Assembly: GCA_963707985.1 (NCBI GenBank)
Contig: CAVPRW010000042.1
Location: 224,001 to 288,000, forward strand
Origin: an uncultured Nitrospinota bacterium
Lineage (GTDB): Bacteria > Tectomicrobia > Entotheonellia > J063 > CAVPRW01
Direction of reading: 5' to 3'
DNA: 64,000 bases
The notes beneath the pieces were generated by a model. That model did not search any database. It worked only from the letters and a program-made list of their open reading frames with translations, and was not told the DNA's origin. The translations under genes were made by a program, and so were the position numbers. Position 1 is the first letter of the stretch. Every line of letters begins with the position of its first letter. Below, in pieces: positions 62,067 to 64,000 of this stretch.

Positions 62067-63783
62067 CTAATGCGTATCGAACACCGACTGATACTCGGCT
62101 AACTTCGCCTGCACGGCCTCCAACTCGGCCGGCGTTGGATGTGCAGGGTCGGCCGCCGGCGGCAAGCTCCCGAACCGCAGCAGACAGGCCATCAGCAGCA
62201 GGCGTGCCTTGGTCGCCGTCAGATTACTGCCGGCGATGGCCAGCGGCGCGCGGGCGGGGTCCACGATGCCCTCGGCGTTCCCACGTCCCACCTTGACGAC
62301 CGGCATGCCGCTCAGCGTGGCCTGTTTCAGGGCCGCCTCCACGGCGTTGCTCATCGAGGCGAACGGCGCTGAGCCTTCGGCCACAAAGCCTGCCAGTGGG
62401 GCTTCGCGCAGGTTCTTGTCGATGCGAGCCAGAATATCCACCTCTGCCGCCGGGTCGCCCGATGTGTCTTCAGGCAGGTAGCGGGCGTGCTTCACAATGG
62501 TCACCTTGGGAATCGCTGTGCCCAACAGCTCCCCTTGAGCGTCCTTGATGCGTACCGAAACCCTGCTGAGTCTGCCATCGACGCCCTGCGTCCCTTCCAC
62601 GGACTCCGGGAGCCGACTAAGGTTGACGGCCGAGGTGTGTGTATGCCGCTTTGCCGGCCTGAAGGTCAGAGTCGGGGGGCCAGGTTGCCCCATACTCCCC
62701 ACAATGCCTCCATGCCCTCCCGTCGCCACGTAGCCGCCGGGGCGGGCGTCGGCCTTCTGGACTTCTCGCGCCGTGAAGATCTGCTCGTCCTGAATGACGA
62801 CGACACCAACGCTGTCACGGCCGCTGTCGTCCGCCCAGATACGCGACAGCGATGTAGTCGACCGCATCAATGATATTGCGGTCGCCATCATTGCTGACGG
62901 CGCCGTGCGCCCGCTGCGAGGCATTGCCCACGATCACCACGGTGGTATCGATGAGCAGGTTCAGCCAATAGCTGGTCTCCTCCACGAAGGGGCTGCCTTC
63001 GAGCCAGATGGCACCGGCGTATTGTCCATTGGCGAGTGCCCGCTGGACCACGTTGGTCAGGCGCGCCAGGCTGGGCATTGGCGGTTCCCTGCGGAGGTGG
63101 GCGGGGCGATAGGGGAAGAAATCCTGGCCCAGCCGTTCCGGCATAATGTCGCCCACCCCCATGTCGGTGCGCGCAAACGCCGGTAGTCCCTGAGAATAGC
63201 CGCCTGAAGGGACAGCGCGATAAAAGTCATAGAGCGCTTTGGAGGAAAGGAGGTTCGCGACTCCTTCATCGCCGATTCCCAGGCGGTCGATCTCTTCAAA
63301 CAAGCGCGAGGCATCGGGATAGAAGGGCTGTCGGCATTGCTCTGCCGGTGCCAACGGCGACGTGCCATCATCTTCCCAGGCTTGGCCACTGGCCTGTCGG
63401 GCCATATAGGGTAGCGGGTAGAGCCCATCCTCCGGCCGCAGGGTGACCTCGTATACGGGGGTGTCGTGCGGCCCCTGGCGCTCGTTGTGGAACACGCCGG
63501 AGGCATCGAGGTAGCCGTCGGGTGGGGCATACAGCTCGGCGGCGTCGCGCTCCAGGGGATGGGCGCTGAATTGTTCGACATAAATCGTCACCGGGGCCGC
63601 CAGGCGCTGAGGGCGAAGCGCGTCAAATCGCATCGGGCTGCCGTCCGGATTGGTGCGCAGAGGTAACGCATACTTTTCCCGCGCCTTGTTGCTGGTAACG
63701 AGTGGTTCGCTGTTCTGGATCGTGGCCGTCGGCCCAGAAAACACGGCAATCTTCGGTTTTGCTGAGGTTGGGTTCTCCGTCAT
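62067..63783 (-). CDS. Asparaginase-like domain protein (frameshift near 62845)
   Basis: IAVFSGPTATI, WLEGSPFVEETSYWL, GNASQR..SNDGDRNI, NLTATKARLLLM, QSVFDTH. Confidence 0.7.
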
Positions 63784-64000
63784 ACTATGCCCTCGCTCAC
63801 ATCATATCCATTCCCCATGGACCTCGAATCGCCTGCCATCGTTCCTGAGGGCGCGCGTCCGGTCGTACGCTAGAGAGTTTGTCACATGCGTCTGGGATGC
63901 CCTCGATTCACCCCACCGTCCCTAAAAATGCTTTAGCTGCTTGGAGGTCGACCATATCATGCCCCTATGTGAACCAGCAGTCGGCGCTCAGTGCCGGTTT

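Noticed and set aside
1..64000. rRNA, tRNA, prophage or integrase genes
   Set aside because: None recognised by eye; tRNAscan/Infernal not run

Overview
GC-rich bacterial chromosomal window. Gene content (F420 biosynthesis, STAND-type cyclase, family-5 SBP, several Mo-enzymes) resembles Ca. Tectomicrobia/Entotheonella-like soil or sponge bacteria; this is an inference. The first ~27 kb is a coherent cell-envelope signalling island. It encodes a Sel1/caspase-like lipoprotein, an autotransporter-type barrel, a decayed TPR-CHAT protease, two CHASE2-adenylate cyclases, DUF928, a FecR-TPR-TonB-type barrel, an 18-Cys secreted orphan, a FecR + OmpA pair, a CHASE2-PP2C, STAS with a decayed RsbW-like kinase, and two MBL hydrolases (one fused to pseudo-REC and Crp). 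Transposase relics interrupt it. The remainder holds a fatty-acid/BCAA-type ABC operon with acyl-CoA ligase, a sugar ABC cluster, a 1.5-kb cluster of gene fragments (including a UGSC selenoprotein relic with in-frame TGA and SECIS-like hairpin), a xanthine-dehydrogenase-family LSM+G operon, GT9, two toxin-antitoxin pairs, cofD-cofC-cofE-npdG, an orphan CoxL-like subunit, a cyclase-AAA-TPR protein, an amidohydrolase and an asparaginase-like protein. Many isolated 1-bp frameshifts in otherwise intact genes look like long-read errors. All family calls come from motif recognition by eye; no database search was run.
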